From Fenollaria sporofastidiosus (lineage in GTDB: Bacteria > Bacillota > Clostridia > Tissierellales > Peptoniphilaceae): DNA of 32,000 bases. Position 1 is the stretch's first letter. Each line of letters starts with the position of its first letter. The notes under the pieces were generated by a model. The model saw only the letters and a list, made by a program, of their open reading frames with translations, searched no databases and was not told the origin of the DNA. Shown here one piece after another: positions 1 through 9,657 of this stretch. The position numbers and the translations under genes were made by a program. The stretch covers positions 942,075 to 974,074 of the forward strand of contig NZ_OW968186.1 in assembly GCF_943169635.2 (NCBI RefSeq), read 5' to 3'.

Positions 1-377
1 ACAGAAAAGAGGCCAAGGACCACGGTGAAAAAGGTATTTTCGTTGGAGAGACTCCAAATGCTGACTCGGATGTAGTCATCATTGAGGACGTAATCACTGC
101 AGGAACTGCTGTTAGGGAGTCCATCGACATACTTAAGCACTATGACGCAAAAGTTAAGGCTCTAATCATCTCTGTTAATAGGATGGAGAGAGGTACTGGC
201 GATAAGTCTGCTATACATGAGCTTGAAGATGATTATGGTGTTAAGGTTTATTCGATACTTGATATAAAATTTATTGCTGACTACTTAAGAAATAAAGAAG
301 TAGATGGCAAGGTATATATAGATGAAGAGATGTATGCAAAGATAATGAAGCATCTCGATACTTATAAGGAAAGATAA
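1..377 (+). CDS. pyrE: Orotate phosphoribosyltransferase, C-terminal part (5' end outside the window)
   Basis: Frame 3 is open from the window edge. It translates as RKEAKDHGEKGIFVGE...VVIIEDVITAGTAVRESIDIL...SVNRMERGTGDKSAIHELEDDYGVKV. The RKEAKDHG segment and the PRPP loop (EDVITAGTA) match E. coli PyrE as I recall it. The ORF-track entry 183..377 is only an internal Met. Stop TAA 375-377. Confidence 0.85.
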   Translation, partial: RKEAKDHGEKGIFVGETPNADSDVVIIEDVITAGTAVRESIDILKHYDAKVKALIISVNRMERGTGDKSAIHELEDDYGVKVYSILDIKFIADYLRNKEVDGKVYIDEEMYAKIMKHLDTYKER

Positions 378-1276
378 TGCAAATAGAAAATAAAAATCTT
401 GAGATAGCTATAACGTTTGTGGCATTGACACTAACTATGCTTGTAACTAGGTACTTGGGCATTTTCGCAATGCCGTTCGTGCTTGGTGCTTACTTAATTA
501 ACTCAATTGCAAACAAAGATTACAGCTCGCTTTACTTATATGTAGCGTCTCTTGGTATATTGGCAATATTTCTAGAGCCTACGTTTATAATTGAGAAGGC
601 CATGCTTGGCATACCTTTCTTGCTTGTGGCTGTGACTTTAATAAAAAGAAAACTTAGAGGGGACAAGCTAGTCATCGTTATGACTTTTACTTTTGTCGTT
701 TCTATCATAGCTTATCTTGCGCTGCTAAGGGAGTTTTTTGATATAAACTTTGTGGAAATCTTTAACGCGAGCATTGACAGGCAGGTAGAGATGATCAAGT
801 CTTTAGAAGGCGAGTTTGTTTTCGATAAAGATATGGTAACACTAGCTTACCAAGAGTTTAAACGCTACCTAGCGAGTATGGTGTTCTTCCTTTCTTTTGT
901 AGTATCTTTCATAGCACTAAAGCTACCGCATTATATAGTTAGAAAAAGGGGCGACATCAACTTGAGCGAACCATTCATAGAGGCTCTAAAGCTAAATAAG
1001 TCGGCATTTTATTCTATGCTTGCTATATTATTAGTTTTTATGATGACGGACTTAGGACTTAATCAGCTTATTGTAGACAATATATCCTTTATGATATTTA
1101 TCACTCTTGCAATTCAAGGTTTGTCATTTACAATGTTCGTCTTAAAGATACGCTATAAAAAGAAGATGGTGGCAAATTTTTACTTTGCATTTTCAATAAT
1201 CTTTTTAGGATTTATGTTTTTTGTAAATATTATATTTGGCTTTATAGACGGAGCTACAAAGATAAGGGGTGCATAA
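377..1276 (+). CDS. yybS: YybS-like polytopic membrane protein (DUF2232-type)
   Basis: 299 aa, hydrophobic throughout with multiple predicted TM helices. The ATG overlaps the pyrE stop (TAATG). It sits immediately upstream of gdpP-rplI-helicase, as yybS does in Bacillus subtilis. The call rests on synteny and topology, not on a motif. Confidence 0.6.
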   Translation: MQIENKNLEIAITFVALTLTMLVTRYLGIFAMPFVLGAYLINSIANKDYSSLYLYVASLGILAIFLEPTFIIEKAMLGIPFLLVAVTLIKRKLRGDKLVIVMTFTFVVSIIAYLALLREFFDINFVEIFNASIDRQVEMIKSLEGEFVFDKDMVTLAYQEFKRYLASMVFFLSFVVSFIALKLPHYIVRKRGDINLSEPFIEALKLNKSAFYSMLAILLVFMMTDLGLNQLIVDNISFMIFITLAIQGLSFTMFVLKIRYKKKMVANFYFAFSIIFLGFMFFVNIIFGFIDGATKIRGA

Positions 1277-1277
1277 A

Positions 1278-3311
1278 ATGCTTAAAAAAATTGAAGCATA
1301 TATAAAAGAAAACTTAATAGAAGTAATTTTTGAGCTTGTCTTAGTCATGTTACTAATGATACTAAATATCATCATTGGCTTTATAGCGCTTGTTGTCTTT
1401 GTATCAATGCATCTTAGCTTCTTACAAAACTTTGAAGATCAAACAACGCTTAGACAAAGAAATTATGAGAACATCGAAGAGACCATCGACTCATTGACAA
1501 AGCAAGCTGTATTTAAGATGCCATTTCCTATGGTTATAATTAATCAAGATGGGGAGATTAACTGGTATAACAGCAAGTTTATAAAGATGCTTGAGATTGA
1601 AGATGAGCCTGAAAACAATATACTTGATGCGATATCATCTCTTAATCTTAACGAGATAATAAGTGCAGGAGATGATCCACTAAAGATATTATACAGGGAT
1701 AAGTACTATCAAGTCTATGTAAACAAGGTTAAGGCGAAAGACAGCAAGGAAAGAGAAATGCTTCTTCTTTACTGGATAGACAGAACTGACCTTAAAGAAG
1801 CAAAGGATAGCATAGAGAAGGAAAAGATGGCTACCATACTTGTATATATAGACAACCTTGACGAGGTTAAAAGCAGTGTTGAAGATGGTGTTAAAGCGAC
1901 TATAGCAGGTAATGTTGAAACAGAAATTATTAACTACTTCAACGCGTTCGAAGCAAGTGTAAGAAAGTATGATGACGATAGATTTTTAATCATTGCTAAT
2001 AACGAAAACTTGCAAAAGATGATACAAAAGAAGTTTGATATACTAGATAGAGTTCGTGATCTTAAGGTGCAAAGCATCATACCACTAACACTATCCATCG
2101 CTGCGACTCTTGATGGCGAGACACCACTTAAGCAGTACGAGATTGCAAGGAGCACTATGGACATAGCCTTAGGTAGAGGCGGTGACCAAGCTGTTCTTAG
2201 AAAGGGCCACAACTACGAGTACTTTGGCGGCAAGTCAAAGGCTGTTGAGAAGACAACAAAGGTTAAGGCAAGAGTCGTTGGGGGCGCACTAAGGTCCTTA
2301 ATTGACGATGCATCTAACGTTGTTATCATGCCACACAAGAATGCTGACATGGACGCTATAGGCTCGGCTATAGGTGTAGTGAAGCTTGTTAGGATGAGAA
2401 AAAAGACTGCCTACATCGCGCTTAACTCTGTTAATATGAGTATAAGAAACATCATGGCAAGACTTAAAGAAGAAGAGAGTCTAAAGGGTGTAGTGAAGAG
2501 TGAGGACGAACTTAACTCTCTAATCGATAGCAAGACTTTGCTTATAGTTGTCGACCATCATAAGAAGTCCATCTCAGAGGCACCGGACTTGGTTGATAAG
2601 ATCAATGACAGAGTTGTAATTGACCACCACAGAAGAAGTGGGGAGTTTATAGAGTCGACTGAGCTAGTCTTCTTAGAGCCATATGCATCATCGACTGCAG
2701 AGCTTGTAACAGAATTGTTCACATATATGACCGACAATGTAGTGCTTAGCAAGTTCGAAGCGGAAGCATTGCTTGCCGGTATAACTGTTGACACTAAGAA
2801 CTTCACTGTGCAAACTGGTGTAAGAACATTCGAAGCGGCATCTATGCTTAGAAGATTTGGTGCTGACCCTGAAGTTGTTAAGAAGTACTTCAAAGAAGAT
2901 TACGAAGTTATTAAAAACAGAGCGGACATAGTTAGACACTCTGAGATATATATGAACGACACTGTCATAGGTATACTTGAAGACAAGGTGGATAACTCCA
3001 TACTTATTGCGGCACAAGCTGCTGATGAGATGCTAAGCATCAACGGAATGAAGGCATCCTTCGTTGCTGTCAAGATATCTAACAACGAAACACACGTGTC
3101 AGCAAGATCACTTGGAGAGATTAGTGTTCAGCTAATTATGGAAAAGCTTGGCGGTGGAGGTCACTTGAACCAAGCAGCAACTAGGATAGACTTGTCTGTT
3201 GACTTAGCTGTTGAAGAGCTAAAGAGAAAGATTAAAGAATATAAAGATGAAGAAAAAGAATCAAAGAAAGAATCAAAGAAAGAATCAAAGAAAGAAGAAG
3301 GTGTTAAATAA
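1278..3311 (+). CDS. gdpP: Cyclic-di-AMP phosphodiesterase GdpP (2 TM + PAS-like + degenerate GGDEF-like + DHH/DHHA1)
   Basis: Two N-terminal hydrophobic helices. DHH-family motifs are present ([31 protein letters not shown]) and the DHHA1 GGGGH motif ([13 protein letters not shown]). Canonical position between yybS and rplI. I prefer ATG 1278 (AAGGGG 8 nt upstream) over the track's GTG 1269. ATG 1278 also removes the overlap with the TAA at 1274-1276. Confidence 0.9.
   Translation: MLKKIEAYIKENLIEVIFELVLVMLLMILNIIIGFIALVVFVSMHLSFLQNFEDQTTLRQRNYENIEETIDSLTKQAVFKMPFPMVIINQDGEINWYNSKFIKMLEIEDEPENNILDAISSLNLNEIISAGDDPLKILYRDKYYQVYVNKVKAKDSKEREMLLLYWIDRTDLKEAKDSIEKEKMATILVYIDNLDEVKSSVEDGVKATIAGNVETEIINYFNAFEASVRKYDDDRFLIIANNENLQKMIQKKFDILDRVRDLKVQSIIPLTLSIAATLDGETPLKQYEIARSTMDIALGRGGDQAVLRKGHNYEYFGGKSKAVEKTTKVKARVVGGALRSLIDDASNVVIMPHKNADMDAIGSAIGVVKLVRMRKKTAYIALNSVNMSIRNIMARLKEEESLKGVVKSEDELNSLIDSKTLLIVVDHHKKSISEAPDLVDKINDRVVIDHHRRSGEFIESTELVFLEPYASSTAELVTELFTYMTDNVVLSKFEAEALLAGITVDTKNFTVQTGVRTFEAASMLRRFGADPEVVKKYFKEDYEVIKNRADIVRHSEIYMNDTVIGILEDKVDNSILIAAQAADEMLSINGMKASFVAVKISNNETHVSARSLGEISVQLIMEKLGGGGHLNQAATRIDLSVDLAVEELKRKIKEYKDEEKESKKESKKESKKEEGVK
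3258..3293 (+). repeat. Perfect 12-bp coding tandem repeat x3 (gaatcaaagaaa) giving [12 protein letters not shown] in the GdpP C-terminal tail
   Basis: Read directly: gaatcaaagaaa gaatcaaagaaa gaatcaaagaaa, in frame, just before the gdpP stop. Confidence 0.95.
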
Positions 3312-3754
3312 TGAAAGTTATTCTTATAGAAGATGTTAAAGGCCTAGGCAAGAAGGGCGAGATGGTTAATAGCAAGGACGGTTATGCAAGAAATTTCTTG
3401 TTCCCAAAAAAGCTTGCTTTAGAAGCAACAGAAGAGAACGTAAAGAAGTGGAAGGAAGAACAAGCTGAACTTAAAGCTAGGATAGAAAAAGAAACAAAGG
3501 AAGCAAACATTATCAAAGCTGACATAGAAAAGAAAGTTTTAAAGATGAAGGCTGAAGGCGGTGCAAGTGGCAAGCTATTCGGTGCAATCACATCGCAAGA
3601 CATACAAAAGGCTTTGCTTGATGACTTCGGTCTTGAAATAGACAAAAGAAAGATAGAGATGAAGGAAAACATTAAACAAGCAGGTGTATATACTGTTGTT
3701 TTAAGATTATATCCACAAATCACAGCTAACTTAAGGGTTAATGTAAGCATATAA
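3311..3754 (+). CDS. rplI: 50S ribosomal protein L9
   Basis: [36 protein letters not shown] is the conserved L9 N-terminal domain. 147 aa. The start overlaps the gdpP stop (TAATG). Confidence 0.95.
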   Translation: MKVILIEDVKGLGKKGEMVNSKDGYARNFLFPKKLALEATEENVKKWKEEQAELKARIEKETKEANIIKADIEKKVLKMKAEGGASGKLFGAITSQDIQKALLDDFGLEIDKRKIEMKENIKQAGVYTVVLRLYPQITANLRVNVSI

Positions 3755-3766
3755 CAGAGGAGTACT

Positions 3767-5098
3767 ATGGAAGTTTTAAGAGAATTACCTAACAACTTAA
3801 TAGTTGAGCAGGAGGTTTTAGCTAATGCTATGCAAAACAAAACTGCTGCTGTCAAAGCTATTGAAGGCTTAAATGAAGTCGACTTTTATAACGAACTTCA
3901 CAGAAAGATCTTCAATTCTATTAGGATGCTTTTCTCTTTAAACAAGCCCATAGACATATTGACAGTAACAGAGAACCTTGAAACAAATGAAGGTATAGAT
4001 GCTGAGACGATAAAGTATATAGCAAGCATATATGCTAACAACGAAGGACTTAGTTCGAACCAAGACGCATATATAGACATACTTAAAGAGAAGTCTATAC
4101 TTAGAAGTCTTGCAGAGTTCTCTGATGAGATTAAGGCCTTGTCACTTGAGGATAAGTCGCCAGCAAAGAACGTGCTTGAAAAGGCAGAGAAGGAACTTTT
4201 TGAAATTTCTCAAGGTGGACTTAGAAACTCTCTAACTGCACTTGACGTCATTATGAGCGACACTGTTCAAGCTATAATTAAGAGAGTGCAAGAGAAGGGC
4301 GAGCTTAGTGGTGTTACAACAGGCTTTACGGATTTAAACTCACTACTAGGTGGCTTCCAAAAGTCAGACCTAGTACTATTAGCTGCGAGACCTTCTATGG
4401 GTAAGACAGCACTTGCTGTTAACCTTGCAGTCAATGCAGCAAAGTCTGGCAAGAAGGTTGCAATGTTCTCACTTGAAATGAGCAAGCTTCAAATTGGTCA
4501 AAGAATACTTGCCTCCTTTGCGCAAATGAACTTATCGAACTTATTCAAGGGTGAGCTTGAAGGTCAAGACATAGCAAACCTACTTACTGCTTCAAACGAA
4601 CTAGCAAAATACAACTTGCATGTTGATGACACGGCAGCCATATCATTAATAGAATTAAAAGCTAAGTTAAGACGTCTTAAGATGGAAGAGGGACTTGACT
4701 TAGTAGTTATTGACTACTTACAACTTATGACGACTGGACAAAGAATTGAGAACAGAGTGCAAGAAATTTCTCAAATATCAAGAGGCCTTAAGGCTATAGC
4801 TAAGGAACTAGATGTACCAGTTCTTGCCTTGTCACAGCTATCGAGAGCTCTTGAGCAAAGACCGGACAAGAGACCAAAGCTTTCTGACCTTAGAGAGTCA
4901 GGTGCCATAGAGCAAGACGCGGACATAGTTATGTTCCTATACAGAGACTACGTCTACAACAAGGAAACTGAAAATCCAAATCTAGCAGAAGTGATCGTTT
5001 CGAAACACAGAAACGGTCCTATTGGCGTGGTTAATTTAATCTGGAAGGACGAGTATACAAGGTTCTTCAACGTATCAAGCAAGGCGTATGAAAGCTAG
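3767..5098 (+). CDS. dnaB: Replicative DNA helicase (DnaB family; called DnaC in B. subtilis)
   Basis: 443 aa. Walker A ARPSMGKTALAVN, Walker B LVVIDYLQLM, and the SQLSRALEQRPDKRP..LSDLRESGAIEQDADIVMFLYRD motifs. GAGGAG RBS before the ATG. Follows rplI as in other Firmicutes. Confidence 0.95.
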   Translation: MEVLRELPNNLIVEQEVLANAMQNKTAAVKAIEGLNEVDFYNELHRKIFNSIRMLFSLNKPIDILTVTENLETNEGIDAETIKYIASIYANNEGLSSNQDAYIDILKEKSILRSLAEFSDEIKALSLEDKSPAKNVLEKAEKELFEISQGGLRNSLTALDVIMSDTVQAIIKRVQEKGELSGVTTGFTDLNSLLGGFQKSDLVLLAARPSMGKTALAVNLAVNAAKSGKKVAMFSLEMSKLQIGQRILASFAQMNLSNLFKGELEGQDIANLLTASNELAKYNLHVDDTAAISLIELKAKLRRLKMEEGLDLVVIDYLQLMTTGQRIENRVQEISQISRGLKAIAKELDVPVLALSQLSRALEQRPDKRPKLSDLRESGAIEQDADIVMFLYRDYVYNKETENPNLAEVIVSKHRNGPIGVVNLIWKDEYTRFFNVSSKAYES

Positions 5099-5678
5099 TG
5101 AGTACTTAATAAAGCCTTTAGAGCTTGAAGACGTATATAAGTTTAAGTCTTGGCATAGGGGTAATTACTACCTACTTAATGACTACGACTTCATATATGA
5201 AGAGGACTGGGAGTTAAAGGCGTGGCTTAAGACTAAGAAGGGCATATTCAAACGCTACTTTGTGATATACTACGAAGGCGACGCCATCGCATACATTGGA
5301 TTAAAAGAGATAAACATTATAAAGAAGAGTGCAGAGCTATCCATCGTTATGGATGTACGTTATCAAAACCGTGGACATGGCTATAAGATACTAATTGAAT
5401 TTTTAAATTTTGCATTCACAGAGCTAAAACTCAAGAGAATTTGGCTCGATGTTAATGCCTTTAATGAAAGAGCAATTCACTTATATAAGAAGCTTGGCTT
5501 TACAAAGAAGGCGTACTACCTAGATACATATAACATTCAAGATATTGATAAAAGTAGACAAGAGTACTTGGACAACAAGTGCGAGTTCGTACAAAACGGC
5601 AGAGAGCTTCTCTGCTATGTCTACACATATGAGATAAAGAGAGGTGAGTTTTTTGAGCTTCAAGCTAGAGAAAATTAA
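5088..5678 (+). CDS. GNAT-family N-acetyltransferase (RimJ/RimL-like)
   Basis: 196 aa. Acetyl-CoA binding motif region VRYQNRGHGYKILIEFLNFAF...IWLDVNAFNERAIHLYKKLGF. ATG 5088 overlaps the helicase 3' end by 11 nt. Its own 3' end overlaps the next gene. Confidence 0.8.
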   Translation: MKASEYLIKPLELEDVYKFKSWHRGNYYLLNDYDFIYEEDWELKAWLKTKKGIFKRYFVIYYEGDAIAYIGLKEINIIKKSAELSIVMDVRYQNRGHGYKILIEFLNFAFTELKLKRIWLDVNAFNERAIHLYKKLGFTKKAYYLDTYNIQDIDKSRQEYLDNKCEFVQNGRELLCYVYTYEIKRGEFFELQAREN

Positions 5679-6723
5679 TTCAAACCTATTAGACACATCG
5701 GTAAACAATATATTTATCAGCGAGTTTATGCCGCAAGCTGACGGTACCTTTGTCAAGGTGTACTTGCTTGCTCTTAGGTTTGCACAAGATGACGATATCG
5801 AAGCAAGCAATGAGAAGATAGCCGAAGTTTTAAGAATTCCTATCATAGATGTAGTTTCTGCATGGAGGTTTTGGAAGTCGGTTGGCATAGTCGATTTTGA
5901 TGACGATGGAGAGAACTTGAACTTTAATCTTGTTTTTAAAGACTTAAGAGCTCTATACTTAAGAGGAACTAACAGCAGCAGCACTACTACTAGCGTTATT
6001 AGTTCTAACACGAGAGCCTTTAGTGAAGAAGATGATATTAGCGATGACGATTTAAGCAGTGACACTAAATTGATTATAGAAGTAAACAAAGACGAAGCTG
6101 TGAAGAAGATGTTTCAAGACGTCGCTCACATCGTTAGAAGGCCACTTAACACACAAGAGAAGATCAAGATCATTAAGTGGCTGCGTGACTACAACATTAG
6201 CTGCGAGATGATATCGCACGCCTACTCATACGCGTATGATGTTTTGAAGAAGAAGTCACCTGCCTATGTGGAGAGCATAATCATGAACTGGTACGACAAG
6301 GGCTTCACAAGTCTATCTGAGGTGATGAATGACTTCAATGTAATGAATGATACACAAAGAAATTACAACAAGCTTATGCAATCGCTTGCAATGCCATTTA
6401 AGAATGTATCTGACTTTGAAAAGAAGATTATCGATAAGTGGTACGACGACTTTGGCTATGGTAACGACGTCATAATAAAGGCTGCAGAGAACTTTATATA
6501 TACATCTAAGCCGTCTATAGCCTACCTTGATGCGATACTTGAAGCGTGGCACAAGCAAGGCATACAGACTGTTGAGGATGCGCAAAAAGCAAACGACCTT
6601 TATAGGTCCGATAAAAATGCAATCACTACTAAGAGGCCAAGCAAGAAGGCTAAGGACTTTGATGAGAGAGAGTACCCAGATGGTTATCTAAGTGATACCT
6701 ATGAAGGCAATTGGAGGAAGTAG
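5644..6723 (+). CDS. DnaD-domain replication initiation / helicase co-loader protein (B. subtilis DnaB/DnaD family)
   Basis: The N-terminus NNIFISEFMPQADGTFVKVYLLAL is typical of DnaD-domain proteins. It is followed by an acidic/Ser-Thr linker. Two DnaD-like C-terminal repeats follow (IIKWLRDYNISCEMISHAYSYA...IIMNWYDKGFTSLSEV and IDKWYDDFGYGNDVIIKAAE...YLDAILEAWHKQGIQTVEDA). The start is GTG 5644 or in-frame TTG 5653 (AGAGG 8 nt upstream). Either one overlaps the GNAT 3' end. Confidence 0.8.
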   Translation: MSFLSFKLEKINSNLLDTSVNNIFISEFMPQADGTFVKVYLLALRFAQDDDIEASNEKIAEVLRIPIIDVVSAWRFWKSVGIVDFDDDGENLNFNLVFKDLRALYLRGTNSSSTTTSVISSNTRAFSEEDDISDDDLSSDTKLIIEVNKDEAVKKMFQDVAHIVRRPLNTQEKIKIIKWLRDYNISCEMISHAYSYAYDVLKKKSPAYVESIIMNWYDKGFTSLSEVMNDFNVMNDTQRNYNKLMQSLAMPFKNVSDFEKKIIDKWYDDFGYGNDVIIKAAENFIYTSKPSIAYLDAILEAWHKQGIQTVEDAQKANDLYRSDKNAITTKRPSKKAKDFDEREYPDGYLSDTYEGNWRK

Positions 6724-6724
6724 C

Positions 6725-7660
6725 ATGACTTTGTTAGACGATGTTTATAGACAAAAAGCGAATATAAAAAACATTAGAGAGAGACAGAGAAGCGAAAGAG
6801 TCGAGGCTATATATAAGAAGTATCCTGAACTATTGAGACTTGAGAATGAAAAAAACGATGTGCTTAATGAGCTTACGTCCATGAACTTTTCAAATTATGA
6901 AGATATTAACAAAAAGATACTTGATATAGAAGCGAAGAAGCAAAAGCTTATAGAGGACTATGGCCTTGAAGATGCATTTAAGGTTCAATATGAGTGCCCT
7001 AAGTGCGAAGACACTGGTATATATCAGTCGAAGAGGTGTTCGTGCATAGACGATATGCTTAGAGAGAAGATGCTTGAAGCTAATGAGCTTAATACTGAGA
7101 TGAGACAGAAGAGCTTCGAAAGTTTCGATGCTAATGTATTCTCAGATGAAAAGGAAGGCGATGCTCCATCGACAAGGGAGTATATGCTTGCTATCAAGAA
7201 GAGCCTTGAGGACTATGCGGATAATTTTACTAATGAGGCTAAGTCCATCTTATTCTACGGTGATGTTGGCACAGGCAAATCCTTTATGGCTGTCTCACTT
7301 GCAAAGAGGCTCATTGAAAAACTTATCAAGGTAACATACATAGGCTCCTATGAAATGTGTCAAGTGATAAACGATGCGATATTTAAAGGCGATGACGCAG
7401 CCATTGCCAAGAGAGATATGTATTACAACACAGACTTTTTAATCATTGATGACCTTGGAACAGAAATAGATACACAGGTAAGCTCAAAATCCATACTTGA
7501 CCTTGTGAACTATAGGTTAAGCAAAAACTTAAAGACGCTTATAACAAGTAACCTCAATGTTGATGCAATAAAAGAAAAGTATGGCGAGAGACTATCATCA
7601 AGGCTACTATCGAATTATTATATATATCGCTTCAGAGGACGCGATTTAAGATTAAGATAA
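6725..7660 (+). CDS. DnaI/DnaC-like helicase loader AAA+ ATPase with N-terminal Cys-rich zinc module
   Basis: Cys cluster [21 protein letters not shown], Walker [13 protein letters not shown], Walker [12 protein letters not shown] prefer ATG 6725 (GGAGG 7 nt upstream, 1 nt after the previous TAG) over the track's 6692. Confidence 0.85.
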   Translation: MTLLDDVYRQKANIKNIRERQRSERVEAIYKKYPELLRLENEKNDVLNELTSMNFSNYEDINKKILDIEAKKQKLIEDYGLEDAFKVQYECPKCEDTGIYQSKRCSCIDDMLREKMLEANELNTEMRQKSFESFDANVFSDEKEGDAPSTREYMLAIKKSLEDYADNFTNEAKSILFYGDVGTGKSFMAVSLAKRLIEKLIKVTYIGSYEMCQVINDAIFKGDDAAIAKRDMYYNTDFLIIDDLGTEIDTQVSSKSILDLVNYRLSKNLKTLITSNLNVDAIKEKYGERLSSRLLSNYYIYRFRGRDLRLR

Positions 7661-7671
7661 GGAGTGATTTT

Positions 7672-8949
7672 ATGTTAGATATAAAAAGAATCAGAAAAAA
7701 TCCAGAGGAAGTGCTTGAGGCTCTAAAGAAGAGACACGGAAGCTTTCCTATCGAGGAATTGCTTGAAGAAGACAAGAAGAGAAGAGAGCTTTTAACTGTT
7801 GTTGAAACTATGAAGCAAAAGCAAAACGCCATCTCTAAAGAGGTGCCTAAGCTAAAGAAGGAAGGCAAGGACGTTAGCCAAATCTTTGATGAGATGAAAG
7901 AGCTTTCAAACGAGATTAAAGATTATGATGCGCAAGTTAAACAGATAGACGACAAGATATCTGAGTACTTATTAAGCATACCAAATATACCTAATAAGAA
8001 CGTTGTATATGGTAAAGACGACAGTGACAACGTTGAAGTAAAGAAGTATGGCACTCCAACTGAGTTCGACTTCGAGCCAAAGGCTCACTGGGACCTTGGA
8101 ACTGATCTTGACATACTTGACTTCGATAGAGCGGGTAAGATATCTGGATCAAGATTCTCTATATTCAAAGGTGACGGCGCAAGACTTGAAAGAAGCTTAA
8201 TTCAATTTATGCTTGATCTTCATACACTTGAGCAAGACTACACTGAGATGAGCACTCCATTCATGGTTAATAGAGCGTCTATGCTAGGCACAGGTCAACT
8301 TCCAAAGTTTGAAGATGATATGTTCTACCTTCCATCAAAGGACTTCTTCCTAGTGCCAACAGCAGAGGTTCCACTAACAAATATGCTTAGAGACGAAATT
8401 GTTGATGCATCTGACTTGCCTATAAATATAACAGAGTACACACCATGCTTTAGACAAGAAGCAGGAGCTGCAGGTAGAGACAACAGAGGCCTTATACGTA
8501 ATCACCAGTTTGATAAGGTTGAGCTTGTTAAGTTCGTAGAGCCAAAGACAAGCTACGACGAATTACAAAAGCTACTAGCGGATGCTGAGGCAGTTCTACA
8601 AAAACTTGAGATACCTTATAGAGTCGTTCAACTATCGACAGGCGACCTTGGCTTCTCGTCAGCTATGACATATGATATCGAAGTTTGGATGCCAAGCTAT
8701 GGTAGATATGTAGAGATATCGAGTTGTTCAAACTTTGAAGACTTTCAAGCAAGAAGATCCAACATTAGATATAGAAATGAGGAAGGCAAGTTAAACTTCG
8801 TACACACACTTAACGGATCAGGCCTTGCAGTAGGAAGAACATTTGCAGCCCTTGTTGAAAATTATCAAAACAAAGACGGTTCGATCACTATACCAAAGGC
8901 ACTACAAAGGTACTTTGGCAAGGAACGTATAGTTAAAAGAGTAAAGTAG
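7672..8949 (+). CDS. serS: Seryl-tRNA synthetase
   Basis: 425 aa. N-terminal coiled-coil arm ([14 protein letters not shown]...). Class II core motifs ([43 protein letters not shown]). AAGGAG RBS, only 11 nt after the previous stop. Confidence 0.95.
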   Translation: MLDIKRIRKNPEEVLEALKKRHGSFPIEELLEEDKKRRELLTVVETMKQKQNAISKEVPKLKKEGKDVSQIFDEMKELSNEIKDYDAQVKQIDDKISEYLLSIPNIPNKNVVYGKDDSDNVEVKKYGTPTEFDFEPKAHWDLGTDLDILDFDRAGKISGSRFSIFKGDGARLERSLIQFMLDLHTLEQDYTEMSTPFMVNRASMLGTGQLPKFEDDMFYLPSKDFFLVPTAEVPLTNMLRDEIVDASDLPINITEYTPCFRQEAGAAGRDNRGLIRNHQFDKVELVKFVEPKTSYDELQKLLADAEAVLQKLEIPYRVVQLSTGDLGFSSAMTYDIEVWMPSYGRYVEISSCSNFEDFQARRSNIRYRNEEGKLNFVHTLNGSGLAVGRTFAALVENYQNKDGSITIPKALQRYFGKERIVKRVK

Positions 8950-8972
8950 TTAATCAGCTTATATATGATAAT

Positions 8973-9012
8973 AGAGCTATGTATATCAATTGATACGCAT
9001 AGCTCTTTTCTT
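8973..9012. terminator. Long hairpin between convergent serS and the flavin reductase gene (probable bidirectional terminator)
   Basis: AGAGCTATG (8973-8981) pairs with CATAGCTCT (8998-9006). The inner palindrome TATCAATTGATA extends the stem. A T-run follows on the + strand. The U-tract on the - strand is weaker. Confidence 0.7.
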
Positions 9013-9023
9013 ATGTCTATATT

Positions 9024-9542
9024 TTATTCTTCGTCATTTACATAGGCCTTCACTATCTCACCAATATATACATAGTGAAAGTCGCGCTCAGGGTAGTTCT
9101 TCTTTAGTATCGTTTGGTCTATGAAGCCTTCCTCACGAAGCTTATCTCTATAGACTTTTCTGCATACGAAGACCAGCTTTGCCTCTTTAAAGTAGACAGT
9201 TTCGTCACTAAAGAGAGGAGTAAGTTTAGTCTTAGAGAGCTTATCTTCACTGCGACCGCTATGTGTACCTAAGTACAATAAGTCCTTCTTGTAAGACTCA
9301 TCAAAGAAACTTAGTGTGTAGTAGTCTTCTTTGTCAACAAATTCTCTAGTATACCTTTGTGGTCTTAGATAGATGACCGAGGTAGGCATATCGCCGTTCC
9401 ATATAGCACCCAAGTGACCCCACTGTGCAGTCATAGTATTGAATGCCTTCTCATTACCTGCGCTTACAAGCATCCACTCCTTACCAATAAGAGTCATCGG
9501 ATTAAACTTTAATTCTTTCATGTCAATAGCCTTTAAGCTCAT
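9024..9542 (-). CDS. Flavin reductase-like (FMN-binding split-barrel) family protein
   Basis: 172 aa. The segment FNPMTLIGKEWMLVSAG...NTMTAQWGHLGAIWN...VIYLRPQRYTREF resembles flavin reductase family proteins as I recall them. Clean ORF with a convergent terminator. Confidence 0.6.
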   Translation of the reverse strand: MSLKAIDMKELKFNPMTLIGKEWMLVSAGNEKAFNTMTAQWGHLGAIWNGDMPTSVIYLRPQRYTREFVDKEDYYTLSFFDESYKKDLLYLGTHSGRSEDKLSKTKLTPLFSDETVYFKEAKLVFVCRKVYRDKLREEGFIDQTILKKNYPERDFHYVYIGEIVKAYVNDEE

Positions 9543-9630
9543 AGCATCACCCCTTATATGAATTATATCACATATATCTAAGGCTCGCTATATATATTTT
9601 ACTTAGCGAGTATAGAAAAATATATCTCTT

Positions 9631-9641
9631 TGTGATATAAT
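9631..9641 (+). promoter_or_regulatory. Extended -10 element (TGaTATAAT) upstream of the chromate-transporter operon
   Basis: tgTGaTATAAT with TATAAT at 9636-9641, 16 nt before ATG 9658. The -35 is weak. Confidence 0.4.
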
Positions 9642-9657
9642 AAGTCTTGGTGATTAT

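Noticed and set aside
3709-3717. DnaA-box-like 9-mer ATATCCACA just upstream of the helicase gene
   Set aside because: It is a single copy with one mismatch to TTATCCACA, and it lies inside the rplI coding sequence. There is no cluster and no AT-rich unwinding element, so it is not an origin.
5520-6089. Long antisense ORFs in the six-frame track (for example 5520..6089, 3382..3855, 10387..10962, 11050..11553, 2558..2893 and 28774..29262, all on the minus strand)
   Set aside because: Each lies fully inside a strongly supported sense gene (DnaD-like, rplI, chrA/pta, pta, gdpP, URO-D). Their translations are Ser/Leu-rich low-complexity strings typical of shadow frames. None has a convincing RBS.
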